Positions 1-13,533 are shown, counted from the whole stretch's first letter. The stretch: 63,893 nt of DNA, filler included, from Squatina squatina (GCA_031763465.1; 4 parts of 4 records of this genome joined end to end with filler, not necessarily neighbours in it); one strand, 5' to 3'. Notes: generated from the letters alone by a model not told the origin. Made by a program: numbers and translations.

Positions 1-78
1 CGTGTTGAATGGCGGTGCAGGCTCGAAGGGCCAAATGGCCTACTCCTGCACCTATTTTCTATGTTTCTATGTTTCTAA
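1..78 (+). mobile_element. 3' end of CR1-type LINE (shark HER1/HE1-like tail)
   Basis: gaatggcggtgcaggctcgaagggccaaatggcctactcctg followed by (ctatgttt)n tail; reverse-complement relatives at about 22480 and 36310. Confidence 0.75.
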
Positions 79-369
79 TAAGTTTAGGCTATTTTTGGTG
101 CCATGATTGGCTTAGACGGTTCTGCGTTTTTACTTCACAGATAACCTACAAAGATAATTTTGTGAGGTGAGGTTCCTGGTGCAAAGCCATCCTAGATAGG
201 AGCGCAGGTTATGGAATCCCCTATTGGCGTTATAGCACTATCTCTCATCAGGTGAAGCTTTACACAAGTCTCACAATAGAACCCCACCACACCCGCATTA
301 AGGAAGTGATGTATTAATTATTTGGAGTACATCCTTAAAATGGCAACGTGGACTCTTCTGATGACTCAC

Positions 370-750
370 CAAATGTATCCAATGGTGAAGCATGCAGACT
401 GGGAAGATCCCAGGTTTGAACCCTGATCTGCACTGACTTAATTGATCTCAACTAGAGTGACAGTACAGGTATTACGGTTGATCTAAGTGCCCCAAGGCTA
501 GGGAGGGAAAAATCAGCCGGAGTCCCACCCTTGATCAAAATCCAGCAACCGCTGCTGTAATTGCATGTGCATATACTTTGGGGGAAGACACACCAGGCTT
601 TTCATTGTGATGTCTCCTGCAGTCAAATATCCTTCCTACACACATTGTTCCGGCTAATACATGAATAATGACCACTTAGCACTGGAGGGTGACAAGTGTT
701 TGTGTATCCCAGCAAGGTGTAAATGCCTTCATGGGAGGAGGTGAGGGGAG
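370..750 (+). mobile_element. Degenerate tRNA-derived SINE
   Basis: B-box-like ggtttgaaccc at 414-424; the body (cccaaggctagggagggaaaaatcagcc...) resembles a second copy at 53740-53956. Confidence 0.55.
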
Positions 751-831
751 AAAAAACTAGCAATATGTAGTATAGCTATGAGTTGAGATGAAGTTTGCAA
801 TCTATCCTTAAAGTAGAAAGACCACACTCAC

Positions 832-1079
832 GCAGTTCCATTTTTGAGTGGGGACTTATTTTCGTTGTCTGCTGTATAGATATCATAGCATCCAGTGATG
901 TCTTTTCGAAAGTCCTTGTGAACCACACAGGAATTATTCATTACTTTGATCTGTCGGATACGGGGAACGCCCAGAAGCATATTTTCATAGTAAATAAATG
1001 AATGAGGTCCATGTGAAAATGAATCGCTGTTGTACCACTTGGTCCAGTACAGTCCATTCAGCAATGGGCCCTGTGCATA
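832..1079 (-). CDS. PKD2L1: Polycystin-2-like 1, internal exon (TOP/extracellular domain)
   Basis: [17 protein letters not shown]...[32 protein letters not shown]...NGTA; LYWTKWYN and [12 protein letters not shown] are PKD2L1-type rather than PKD2; ttcag acceptor and gtgagt donor flank a 248-nt exon. Confidence 0.88.
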
Positions 1080-1159
1080 CTGAACATAAAATAAAAGTGT
1101 TATACGAAACAGACTGTTGCAAAGTACAAAAATGAGCAACATACAAAGTCAAGACTTTT

Positions 1160-1356
1160 GGGGGCCCCAAATTGGTGTGCTTTCACGCCCGGGTAGCACC
1201 AATTATTGGCACTGCCTGGGTGTGAAATCAGCGTTGTGGCAAAAAATGTAAAAATGCTGCCTTGGGCCTGGCACCCCAGTGGCGTATAGGTCCTGCCACC
1301 GGGAACACAGTCATTACATTGCACGCAGATCCCTCTGTGCCCGCCCGTGACCCCCC
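1160..1356. mobile_element. GC-rich terminal fragment of a non-autonomous DNA transposon (Harbinger-like)
   Basis: Starts ggggccccaaattgg, the GG(G/C)C-N-AAATT terminus type seen repeatedly in this window; truncated by a gap. Confidence 0.4.
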
Positions 1357-3377
1357 NNNNNNNNNNNNNNNNNNNNNNNNNNNNNNNNNNNNNNNNNNNN
1401 NNNNNNNNNNNNNNNNNNNNNNNNNNNNNNNNNNNNNNNNNNNNNNNNNNNNNNNNCTAGATAGAGATTCTTAACCAACAAACAAATTCAATCAAAAATC
1501 AAGCCAGGCTCACAGTAATCATTCAAATCAGAAAGAGAGGAACACCACACAATGCCACCCTACATTTCTTCATTCGTTTGCTTAGGAAATGTCAGCCTTA
1601 AAAATAATACAATCCTTTTTCGAAAGAAAGATCTCTTTATCAGACACACCTTCTGCTCTGATATGCCAGACATTCATCACTTTTGTTTTTGTTCAATCCT
1701 GTTAAACAGCTTCAGTGACACTGAGCACACAATTCCCACATATTTGTTACTGCATTTGATTCATGAATCACGGGCTCATTCCCTTTTATTAAAATACAAA
1801 TGTTTAGCAGTAAATGTTAAATTATTACATGTGTCTGTCAGAGATAGTGAATTATTAGTACTGCAAAGTACAAATGTACTACTTAATGCGTTTTACGATC
1901 AAACAGCATGCATCATCATAATTAATTTTGCTGATAAGCGAATCAGGATGTTTTAAAACATAAACAAAGTGTGCATACATATCACCTTCTTGCAGACAGT
2001 CATTAATTCAATAGAATATTATAAAAGACATTGTTGCTTGGAAAACAGACACACGCAATTCTGCTGCTTCAATGTTAAGGTAATATAGAAATTCATGACC
2101 TCAGTGCTAGTTTCTGTGTAAAGTTGAAAATGCAATCTGAAGCCAAGATTAATTATAGTGAATGAATCAAGTTTAGTTCAGCATTCGAAAAAAATCAAAA
2201 GAGATGAACAGATGTTGTGTACATGCAGAAGCTGAGCAAACATGAAAAACAATAAAACAATACCTCTCACTCGCTGACAAAAGCAAAGTATAAGGGCATT
2301 AATAAAAATGATTATCATGCAACATATCTCTGAAAAGAGAGAACATGCTGTACTGATGCATATTGACACATTATGCATCAATCCAAAGGAGTGGTGAATG
2401 CTGTTACTGTACAGAGTTGTATATGGCATACATTGTTTTACCTTGCATCGCAGTAGTGCTTTGTTCAGAGTGGGAAGACATATAACCAGTACAGCAAGAA
2501 CATAATTGTGCATTCACAGCTGCCACCTGACGGGACACGCTCCCCATGAACATAATGATAGGTCAAGGCCTCAAGAATGAAATAATGCCGAATGAGACTG
2601 AACAGTCAAAAATGGTTAGTTCCACCCAGCAGGGTAAAGTAGCTACTCTACTGCAGGCTACACTTTTAAATATTAACTGGGTTTGAAAGACTGGCTTGGA
2701 GGAGGCAAAGACAGCCGACATAGCAAGAAGAATTAATGGACTTTTACTTTTAACAACTAGAGACCAGAATTACAGGTGAATGCAATATTTTCAGCAATAA
2801 ACAACATTTGCAATAGATAGACACATAATCAAACAGTAATGTTCCCATATCTCAGCATAAGAGCGATATACTCACTAATTTTGGGCGTGGGGCCACAATT
2901 TCACACAGTAATTTAACAAGGGCTGTTTTCACATAATGAGGATGTGGTGGGAGTGAGATCGGGACTAGAATTGCAGCTTTCTGCCAAGACCAAACCAGGG
3001 TGAGGCTGGACTTCGAAATGATGTCAGGATTTAATTTGCAGATTTTTTTTTAAATTCCACCCCAACTTCAGAAAGTTTCTTCTTCTATAATTTTTCCATA
3101 GAGTTCCATATCTGTTCCTTTTCTTAACTATGCCCATAACAGCAATTTTTGAACTTACAATTCAAAAAACAAATTCTCAGAGTATGCCAAGTCCAAAAAA
3201 CGCCCTGATTCTTATTTTGTTCCTTGATTGATCCTGTTGTTTGTCACTAGGTCTGAGCTGGAATAATTCAACTACAGNNNNNNNNNNNNNNNNNNNNNNN
3301 NNNNNNNNNNNNNNNNNNNNNNNNNNNNNNNNNNNNNNNNNNNNNNNNNNNNNNNNNNNNNNNNNNNNNNNNNNNNN

Positions 3378-4100
3378 TTTTATGGTTGCACACCAGCTCC
3401 ATATTGATGGAGTAGAACGCCTTGTGGTTGATGAATATTCCTGGGTGACCTGGGTGTGCTTTAATTGCCACATGTGTGCAGTTGATGATACCCTGCGCCT
3501 GTGGGAAGCCAGCCAGAGCTGCAGGTCCAAGTACCCGCTCATTCTGACTGGCATCATAGCAGGCAAAGTTGGCTTAATTGGCACACCTAGAAAACAAGCC
3601 ATCAGTCACCTGTCTTCTGCATTCATGAACCACTGACTGGGACATCCTGCAACTGTGTCTCCAGCAGAGCCCTGGAAAAATCCAGAAGCAAAAAAGTTGA
3701 GGGCAGTGGTGACTTCGACAGCGACTGGTACAGCATGGCCACCAGGTCCAGCTGGCAGCAGGTCTTGTTCCAGCAGGCTGTAAATATCTGCCAGGACACT
3801 CTGAGCCGCCTGAGACACTGGTGTCCCAACATGTCGAGGACGTTTATCCTCTCCCTGAAGTGCCTGTGTGCTGTGTATGGGCTCCTTTGAGCTGCACCTC
3901 TGCTGCTTCCCTCTCTCCTGTGGTGCTACAGGTCTGTGATGAGCAGTCTGCTGATGCCGTTAAAGCTGGTGCAGTTGCTGGTGCTGTTGTTGGTCACCTC
4001 GGTCCTCATCTGAGGTCCAGCATTAGTGGCACCCATGCTGACCTCATAGATCAGAGCTCCAAAGTGCAGCTCAGACTTCCAAACCTCTAAAGTGTAGGTG
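3378..4100 (-). mobile_element. PIF/Harbinger transposase remnant (frameshifted)
   Basis: Peptides AVPVAVEVTTALNFFASGFFQGSAGD and GFPQVQGIINCTHVAIKAHPGHPGIFINHKAFYSINMELVCNH match HARBI1-family transposase motifs (G.IDCTH...F.NRK.F.S.N.Q.VC), split over frames. Confidence 0.85.
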
Positions 4101-4548
4101 CCACCTCCAAAGTGCTGAAGAAACCTCCAAAGTGTGTAAAATAACCTCTCAGCACAAGTAATATGAACAAACCCTTTCCACATGCGGTAAGAAAGCAGCT
4201 CTGAGTGCTGACTACTTATTGTTATATTTCCTTGAGATTGCTTCAGCCAGCTCAGTTGTCACTGTGTACTTTCCTTACTTTCTCTGTCAAGTGCCAGGAA
4301 GCCCGGGAAACTATTGGGCCCAAAGTAAAACTTAAAAATCTATGTCAATATCGCTCTAATTGACAATTAACATATGTTAAGTGGCAACCCGCCTCTCCAG
4401 AGGGAATTCCTCGCACACAGTCTAACACACTGTCGTGAAATGTGGAAGNNNNNNNNNNNNNNNNNNNNNNNNNNNNNNNNNNNNNNNNNNNNNNNNNNNN
4501 NNNNNNNNNNNNNNNNNNNNNNNNNNNNNNNNNNNNNNNNNNNNNNNN

Positions 4549-4785
4549 AGGACGTCCTTGTAGCGTTTCCTCTGCCCTCCTCGGAGGCGTTTACCATGGC
4601 GGAGTTCGGAATAAAGAGCTTGTTTTGGGAGTCTTGTATCTGGCATGCGGATGTCGTGACTGGCCCATCGCAGCTGATTGAGCGTAACCAGTGCCTCGAT
4701 GCTGGGTGAGGACGCTGACGTTGGTGCGTTTGTCCTGCCAGTTTATTTGCAGGATTTTGCGAAGATGGCGAAGAAGAACTTGTAC
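4549..4785 (-). mobile_element. RTE-clade LINE fragment
   Basis: LRKILQINWQDKRTNVSVL and MPDTRLPKQALYSELRHGKRLRGGQRKRYKDV are typical RTE ORF C-terminal motifs. Confidence 0.85.
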
Positions 4786-5737
4786 CATATCATAAGACAC
4801 ACACAAATATATACACACACAAAATGCACAGAGGACATTGTTGACAATAGCCATGTCCTCAACCAAAATCGTGATGCACTCCTGGCTGGAGAAGTGTTTG
4901 TGGAAGTGAGAATTCTATCCAGGGAGAAAACAGTAGATAAAGTAAAGAGCTAGTGGAAGGAATCTGAAAGATGGTGCTTGTTCTCATTCTCACCCTGCTC
5001 CTATTAGCTACTGCAACAGACTCATTCATTTTGAAATCAGAAATAAGGCTTATCACTTCGTTACTCTAAGTGTGCTGTTGATCTATAATATTTAAACAAT
5101 CAATTACAGGCTATTTCTAAAAGTACCTTGTATCTGCTGTAAGATTCAAAATGTTAAGTGTTTTCCCAGCTCTAATTTTCATTACCACTAGAAAAATTAG
5201 CAGTGCTCAGGTGGGGAAGCGCATTAATGTATTCTAAATTCAATGCTTACTTAATCAGATATGATTTATTATTGATGAATTAATTATACCTTCCGCTAAT
5301 CGTTCCTTCCAACCTTGAGCCGCGTAAGCAAAGAATTCATTATTCAGGGCTGAAGCACTGAGGCGAGAAATCCCATCACACCCAACCTGAAAACAAGGTA
5401 TTCGCAGCATGAGAGACAGAATGAAATAAACCTTATATTGCAGAAATATGTTACTCCATCAATTGTGAATAGAAGTTTCTAATTTTTGACACACTATCTT
5501 CATCAAGCAGCCATGACTGATTAAATTGTTTGGCATAGAGATTATAGCTAGTGAATTTGTCTCAGGTACAAATCAATATTGAACACCTCCCCCACCCCAG
5601 AAATAACCTGACCAAACTGGTTTGCAAACAGAAATCTTCCCAACAGCATAGTGGAGTAATTTAGCTCAGTAAACCAATGGCAAAAGGATTCAATCGACAT
5701 GTTGTGCCGACCTGACCTGCATTGTGCTGACACTAGC

Positions 5738-6480
5738 GGGGAGAAATTGGGGATGGTAACTGACTTGGGGTGGGACTTCCTGCGCCCCAACCACAGAATT
5801 GCAGTTACCGCCCCTTGCAGGAAGTGGCGTGCAATCACGTGATCTCCACTTCCTGTCGGGGCGGGTTCTGGGGCGATACTGGGGCACGATTGGCAGCGCT
5901 GCATGGCTGCTCCGCGTAGCGCTGACACAGTTCTTGGGCCCTCCCCTTCAATTAAAGGGGAGGGCCGCTGCGCATCTGCACGGCCTCTAATGGCCTCCAC
6001 TGGGCAGCCAAAAGGAAGTGCCCGGCTGCAAGATGGTGGACCAGACCATGCAAGAGAAGAAGTCGAGCCGATTGCTGAGTCGGCTAAATAGTTAAGATCG
6101 CAGCGTGGAGCACTCCCGACCGCCCCTTTAACTTCCTCCCCGCGAGCGAAGGTCGGCCCAGTTTGTGACCTGTGAGGCTGGCACTGGCACCGCTCATGGC
6201 TGCCTCGTGGGGCACAGGGCAATGTCTGTTGTAGGCGGAAAAGGATCGGCGTGTGGCGNNNNNNNNNNNNNNNNNNNNNNNNNNNNNNNNNNNNNNNNNN
6301 NNNNNNNNNNNNNNNNNNNNNNNNNNNNNNNNNNNNNNNNNNNNNNNNNNNNNNNNNNGCGCCGGCGTTAATGGGAGATAAATTTTGCGCCGAAAAGTTT
6401 AATGCCAAAAATCGGCATTAATCACTTTGCATCCATTTAACGCCACTTTAATGCTAAAAGAAAACTACGAATTGGGCGCC
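5738..6480. mobile_element. GC-rich non-autonomous DNA transposon (Harbinger-like), interrupted by a gap
   Basis: Left terminus ggggagaaattgggg, right terminus cgaattgggcgcc; sharp GC/CpG rise; internal inverted repeat caggaagtgg...ccacttcctg. Confidence 0.5.
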
Positions 6481-7289
6481 TTGGATGTCTTCTACTAGTA
6501 TAAATCACCATAAAACACGAGAAACAAGGCCTACTCGTCCAGTCTGAGCACAGAAAGATAGTCAAAAATGGTATCAGTTTAGGATACAAGTCTTTACTTC
6601 CTTAAATGTAACTTGTGACCCTATTGACTTTCTACAAAAAAGTTAAACTGCATACGTCTGTTCAAATGCAACAGTGGATCTTAATTTGCTAATCTGATTC
6701 ACAGGAAGTGGTGACCTCCTGAATGTTCACCTAGTGATAATATAAACCAAACTGCTGAAGACTAAGAGGCCAGAGAAGACTGTATCCAAGCAATCATAAA
6801 ACCATTTTGTAGTGATTTATAGTGAAGCCCACATAGAGAACAGGAACTACATGAGAGCACTTGATACAGAAAACAAATTGAATTAATTGACAACAGTACA
6901 GTATCTGATGCACTGTATTTATTTAAACCATTCTTAGTTGGTCACAGGTCAACTGTGAAACTATCTCCCAATGAAGATTACCAGTATTTTCTTTCATTTT
7001 CAAAAAACCCATGACATGCAGTAGAAGAAGAAATCTTATGACATGGTTTTAGAAGTGCTGCATTGAATTCAGCCAAAATTCAGCCATTCTGTTACAAGTT
7101 CTTTGAAAGCTAACAAGGTCAAAGTTTATACTAACACACATTCAAGTCATTTTACAGCTTTTGCTTAGTTTTAAATTTTGTATGTTGAAACATACTTCAG
7201 CATTCATCAGCACAATGGTTTTAACATTTTTATGCTCTCTAGTCGGGGATTATTGCAGCAAAAAATGGTTGGGAATGGTTATCAAAGAT

Positions 7290-7605
7290 TTAGCGCTCTA
7301 GTACAAAGGTCACAACAGGTGGTACCGCCCTAAAAAAACCAGGCGGTGTCACCGCCCGTTTAGCACCCAAAGAATTGAGGCCAATTCTTTGTCAGGCAGC
7401 CATTTTGGGCAGTGCGCCCTCTGATGACGTCACGGAGGCCGATTTGTGCCGAGCGCCACATTTCCAGCGCTCCTGAGTTAGCGCCCAATTGGCGCCGGCG
7501 CTAACCTGAGCAATTGAGCAAATTTCTATTTAGTGCCGAAAATGGGTGTTAGAACCCTAACACCCGTTCTACGCCCATTTAGTGCCAATTGGCCACCCTA
7601 ACGAT
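7290..7605. mobile_element. GC-rich MITE/DNA transposon fragment
   Basis: Shares gccattttggg...gcgccc..tgatgacgtcacg and ggcgct/agcgcc motifs with the reverse complement of 27036-27472. Confidence 0.5.
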
Positions 7606-8783
7606 ATGAAAGATCTCCTTGGTCTCTGATTACACACTTTGACTTCTTAAAAAGGAAAAACTGAATATACTATTTTAGCTACGTCATTATACAACCATTT
7701 TTGGTTGCTTACTTGATTTATATGTATTTTTATTATGAGGGATCATTTTAATAAATTGACAGACACCCAATCAGATGTAGATTTTTCCAAAAGTCAAACT
7801 CTATGAATAGTGTGAAAATTGGAATACAAAAATTAAAACAAACAGTAAAATTAACACCTGCTCTGCAAAATCTCTTTCCTGCAGGTAGGAACTCAGGAGA
7901 GTTTCCAGATGGTTCTGTGTTCCCAAAGCCGACCCTGCAGGCAGTTCATCAATCTTCCACTGATTGATTCTCTGCAGAGCTCACCTTCATCCACTACTAT
8001 CACATTCACAAACCTACACAAGCACAATTATACAGCCATTGCTATGTCTTACAAAAGCTTGGCAAACATTCAACTGTATCGCATCCATCAACATATTTGC
8101 CTGCTACTGATTACTCATAGTGTCCTTAAATTTACAGAGGAACTAAATATATTCATTTAACTTTGAAAGGATATGTTGTTTCATGCTACGTAATGTACAA
8201 TATATATTCAGGGCCTAAAGATTAACAGTAAATGGGTAAGTCAAAATATGATGTTGAAGTATTGTAGGAATTTTGCAGAGAAATAGTAAATCAGTGGCCC
8301 TGATTAATTATGTATTTAATTTTATTCTCTACCAGTCTTAAAGCTGATAATACACAGCAAGATGGTTTGTAAGATGTACAAGAGGGAGCTCAATATTTGG
8401 TACATAGCAGAGCTGGGTAAAGTGAATGAGCTTTCATACTGAGGTAGGACTGCTAGGGATTTGATTTGTTGATAAACAAATCATGACAACTGTTTACATG
8501 GGGAAGCACCATTGTACTATGTTGGTACACAATCAATTCATTATTAAATATTGACATAAAAGCACCTCCAAAAATCAAGACAACAAAAAGAACACATGCG
8601 CAAAAGCTTTAATCATGCACTAGTTGATTGGATGCACAAGGGGAATCAAGACCACAGTCTAGAAACGTTTTAGCTCAATGTTCAATCACAATATAATGAC
8701 AATGCAATCTAAACAGTGGATAACAGAAAATGCTACAACAATAAAATGAAAATTGAAAAAAAAAGGAAGCGAGAGAGAGCTAG

Positions 8784-9235
8784 GTGAGAAAGCAAGTTGT
8801 GAAGAGGCTGCAAAGGGATATAGCCAGGTTAAGCGAGTGGGCAATAAGGTGGCAGATGGAGTATAATGTGGAGAAATGTGAAGTTGTCCACTTTGTTAGG
8901 AAAAATAGAAAAGCAGAATATTTTTTAAATGGTGAGAGATTGGGAAATGTTGGTATTCAGAGGGACTTGGGTATCCTTATACACAAATCACTGAAAGTTA
9001 ACATGCAAGCAATTAGGAAAGCAAATAGTATGGTAGCCTTTATTACAAAAGGATTGGAGTATAAGAGTAAAGATGTCTTATTGCAATTATATATGAGACC
9101 ACACCTGGAGTATTGTGTAGAGTTTTGCTCTCCTTATCTAAGGAGGGATATACTTGGCATAGAGAGAGTGCAACAAAGGTTTACCCAACGGAATCCTGAG
9201 ATGGGGTATTGGCCTATGAGGAGAAAGTGAGGAGA
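8784..9235 (+). mobile_element. CR1 LINE ORF2 (RT C-terminal) fragment
   Basis: LQRDIARLSEWAIRWQMEYNVEKCEVVHF...RDLG...RPHLEYCV.FCSPYLRRDI. Confidence 0.92.
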
Positions 9236-9679
9236 NNNNNNNNNNNNNNNNNNNNNNNNNNNNNNNNNNNNNNNNNNNNNNNNNNNNNNNNNNNNNNNNN
9301 NNNNNNNNNNNNNNNNNNNNNNNNNNNNNNNNNNNAAAGCCACTCAAACCATCCAGGGCTAAACCTGCTGCTTCCTCCAGCCACCGAGGCTCGGGCTTCC
9401 GCCCAACATCGCGCTAGTGAGGATCGCCGTCCCAGTACAAAGAGCTCCGAGATCCAAGGTAACAAGCAACAACCCACCGTCTGTACAAAGCTTTGAGTTC
9501 TCCCGCTAGTCTCCGAACTATACAGCCGCGCAGAGAGAAGCCGGCTCAGCACAGTTAAACCTCATCCTCCTCTAGGAAGTTTTGAAGACAACATTCTCTT
9601 TTTGCATTTTTTTTTTAAATTAAGGTAATCAAACATTTTGCAATAAGTTACACAGAGTTCTCCAAACGAATTCAAAGAC

Positions 9680-9800
9680 ATGTATTTCAGCTGTTGAAGA
9701 TCAGAGGACAGGTAGCACCATACGGCCGACAGGAGGTGGAAGGGACAAACATCCCAGCTCCAGAGCAAGAGTGTTGCTGCAGATAAAAACCTTCGCCCCA
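9680..9800 (+). promoter_or_regulatory. Probable ATOH7 proximal promoter
   Basis: E-box CAGCTG at 9688-9693 and TATA-like GATAAAAA at 9782-9789, on the same contig about 150-250 nt upstream of the ATG. Confidence 0.4.
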
Positions 9801-9939
9801 AAAGAGGACCCTGGCTGCAGAGAGAGATTCTCGCTCCAAAAACAGACCCGACCTCCGGAGTACGACAGCTCCAGGTAAAATACACCAGCTCCAGGAAAAG
9901 ACTCATCTCCGGAGGAAAGCTGTGTCGGGTGCAGGAGCA

Positions 9940-10389
9940 ATGAAATCGAATATATCTGCCTCTACTTCGGGAGCGGATTTGGTCTCTGGAGCTGGCTCCG
10001 GTGCTGATTCAAACCTGTGTGGTGTGGAGAGGGTGGAGAGCTGTGCCCGCAGAAGAATGGCCGCTAATGCCCGGGAGAGGCGGCGTATGCAGGGACTCAA
10101 CACCGCCTTTGACCGTCTCCGCAAGGTGGTACCACAGTGGGGACAGGACAAAAAACTTTCCAAGTACGAGACACTGCAGATGGCCCTGAGCTACATCATG
10201 GCCCTGACCCGAATCCTGACCGAAGCCGAGCGCTACAACAGTGACAGGCGTTGGATTCACATCCAGTACGAGCACATTCAGGGGAGCGAGAACATCCAGA
10301 CCTACCTGGGACAGGCGGCAGAGAAAAAGGACTGTTACACCGACAGAATCTTCCCCTTCAATCACGAGAGCTTCCAGATAATCAATTAA
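9940..10389 (+). CDS. ATOH7: Atonal bHLH transcription factor 7 (Ath5), intact single-exon CDS, 149 aa
   Basis: MKS start; b[60 protein letters not shown] is ATOH7-specific; next to MYPN as in other vertebrates. Confidence 0.96.
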   Translation: MKSNISASTSGADLVSGAGSGADSNLCGVERVESCARRRMAANARERRRMQGLNTAFDRLRKVVPQWGQDKKLSKYETLQMALSYIMALTRILTEAERYNSDRRWIHIQYEHIQGSENIQTYLGQAAEKKDCYTDRIFPFNHESFQIIN

Positions 10390-11929
10390 ACCACCACACG
10401 GGCTCGGGAGCCGATTCAATGTGTATCATAGTTCAAAACACAGGAGGCCNNNNNNNNNNNNNNNNNNNNNNNNNNNNNNNNNNNNNNNNNNNNNNNNNNN
10501 NNNNNNNNNNNNNNNNNNNNNNNNNNNNNNNNNNNNNNNNNNNNNNNNNAATATGAAATTTGAGCCAATCAAATGGCCTGGTGCCTGAAGTGATGAGCAG
10601 GAAGTGCATGTCACCGAGAGTGGAGTGACAGGCATATTGGACTCAAGTCCTTTAACTGTAGCAATTCTGCTTCATTGTCTTCTACTTACTTGCAGATATT
10701 CCCCATGCAAGTCCACAACTTGAAAACTTTTTGGAATAAATAAAACTTTATTCACAAGATAAACAATCCATTATTTCTTTACAAGTGCAAGTTGACATTA
10801 CAATACTTGGCTCAAGCCAAACAGCCATCCTACCTGGCACTGTATGTAGCACTGCAGCTTGTGTATACTGAACCAGGGAAAGTATTGTAAACTGCTAAAC
10901 AACCTGAAGCATTTCTCGGAAAATCTAAAAGTCTATCTCACATGATATAATTGTCAAAAATATCTGCAAAATGAAAATAAACTGCTAAGTGTTTTGGAGC
11001 AGTTCCTATGTTCTTCAGTGGGTATATAATTAGGCATGTGTGACATTTTAGCAAGTAACTTGTTGTTAAACTAGCATGATAAGTAAAAAAAAAACTTGCA
11101 CAGTGAGCATTTATTGAAAGCTCCCTTCTGTCTGGGTCCAGAAAACAATCAATGGTCTGAGGTGGAATTGTTCCCTCTTGACTTTGAATGGAGGGGAGGG
11201 GAAGTTCCAGCCATCACACACAGTAGCCATGGGGTCAACTTAAAATACCAACCAGATGGAGTTAATTTAAATACTGAAGTAGATTAATTTTTAAGGCCAC
11301 ACTTCAAATAGTCCTCAGCTGGAAGGCTTGCAGTATTTGGTGCATTGATACTGCTCTTGGACACTGTCAATGAATGCTAATCTAGTCGTTTTCTTTTAAA
11401 AAGAGGTAACCTATAGGGTCCTGCTCTTGCCAATTAAATATTTTTTCTTCCTATGGAGATGAGTTTTTAAAAAAAAAAATAGAAACTGACTCATTTTTCA
11501 CATGCCACTTCAGGAATGTAATGTTGAGGAATAACAATAGCATGATTAGAACTCTGAGCAAACATCATGGACTGTAACTTCTAAGTATGCTTCAGCTGTT
11601 TAGTTCTGTCTTGACTCCATACCTTCAGTTGCTCTAATTCACTTCACTGAAGTCTTGCATATGTCAGTCATTCTTGTCTCCATTTCTATGATTAAAAAAA
11701 AAAATTCAAGAAATCAAAATCCAAATATTGCTGTGCTGCAAGTCAAAAGGAAAATGTTGCATTTCTTGCAACAGCTACCTAGGTCCAAATATAGCTTTCT
11801 ATGTGTCCATTGACTTGGGAAGGGCTGAGTGGAGCTTTTCTCAATAGCTATCATCTGGTTTGTTAAAACAGATAGCCCCCTTAGAAAAAGGTGGTTAGTT
11901 TGGGGTACTTGGACTTACCTGTAGAATGT

Positions 11930-12200
11930 TGCAAAGCCCTTCACAGCCAGTTAATTACTTTGGAATGCAGTTTGCAGGTTAATGCAGCAGCCAGTTTTGT
12001 AAACAGTAAAGTCTCAGAAGGCTGAATGTTGGTTAGAGCACCTCCTGGCTCATTGAGTGTCATGGGTTATTTAACACCCACCTCCATAAGCAGACAGGTC
12101 CTTAGTTTAATATTTCATCCAAAAGATGGCACCCCTGCAATGCAGCAGTTCAGTACTACACACAAGTGCCTAGATTTATATGCTTGAGTCCACAACCAGT
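11930..12200 (-). mobile_element. Degenerate Deu-domain SINE (SacSINE1/AmnSINE1-like)
   Basis: gtttaatatttcatccaaaagatggcacc...gcagca..cagtact core; related to 21055-21250 and 25015-25175. Confidence 0.6.
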
Positions 12201-13533
12201 GGCTTTGAGGGAAGTCAACCTTAAAATGCATTTGCGTTTGGCCAAAATTTGATAATTTAATCCAGAATATTACCAAAGTGAGATTTGTACCTATAGACTA
12301 ATGAGCAAATAACTTTAGAAAAATTTGATGACCTAAAGGAAAATTGTGGCATATTTTGGGAAATAGCAAGTTTCATTTGATTTCTTCATCATGCTCTTTT
12401 ACTGGAGTTTGTGCACTACTTAGTGGATAAGTTTATAGCTGCAGATCATCAAGTTATTAGATCTGTGACCAAAACAAACCATGAGAAGTGATGCAATTCT
12501 TTGAATTGATGTCGGATTCTGATTTTTTTTTGAATAGTAAATATTTAGAAGCTATAAACTGCACTTTTCATTCTAAGTAATCCTAGCCTTTTTAAGTTAT
12601 TTGTTTTCTGTTTGAAAATCTTACAAAGGTAACAATGCAAAGCACTGAATGGGCAGTTGTCAAAATGCTGTGGCCTACTCAACTTTTTTTTAAAAAGTTC
12701 ATGGAACACTACTACAANNNNNNNNNNNNNNNNNNNNNNNNNNNNNNNNNNNNNNNNNNNNNNNNNNNNNNNNNNNNNNNNNNNNNNNNNNNNNNNNNNN
12801 NNNNNNNNNNNNNNNNNTGTAAATTACTCAAAAAACAGTTCTGAAGGAAAGAAAGTTAACCTTTTAATAAACAATCAAACACAGAGTCATTAGCATTGTT
12901 ATAAATAAGCACAGAAACACTTGAGTAACTTTGTCCACTGCAGTCAATGGTTTAACTGGTACAAACAGCTTGACGCACTGTACCAGCATGGAGCATTTTA
13001 AGAAAGAAACACAGGCTATTCATTATGCTATGGTTTTGCGGAGCGTATCTGAGCTGTTGCAAGCCACATTTGAGTGAAAAACATCCTTTTGCAGACCAGA
13101 ATCAAACACTTCATATCTTGCCAATTAACACTCTGACCATGTTTTCCTTGTCGCAATGCTTTTGAAAATCTCTGCAAACACAGAACTAACAGACATTCAA
13201 AAACCGAGATATTCATGGGTGACAGTCATCTAATTTGCCATGATTACTAAACCGCTGTCATCTTATTTTAACTGTGGTGTTGCTGGCATTTACATTCATA
13301 AACCCAAGTTTTCCCATCATATTAAAAAGGAGTTCCAGAAATCATCATATTGCTTCTCTATAGGATTTGCACTCTACTTAAAATCGCCATTCAACTGTGT
13401 TGCTTGTAACATTCACAAAAGCACCAAGCTCATAGAAAAACGTCATGTAAACCTTGAATCACTTGGCTTCTCTTATCTTCACAGTTCTAAGTCCTGCAGA
13501 AGCAAATGTATTGAAATAACTTAATCAGTAACT

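Noticed and set aside
5548-6408. 286-aa ORF, and similar long ORFs at 42252-43105
   Set aside because: They cross N gaps and/or lie in GC-rich transposon ends; no recognisable domain
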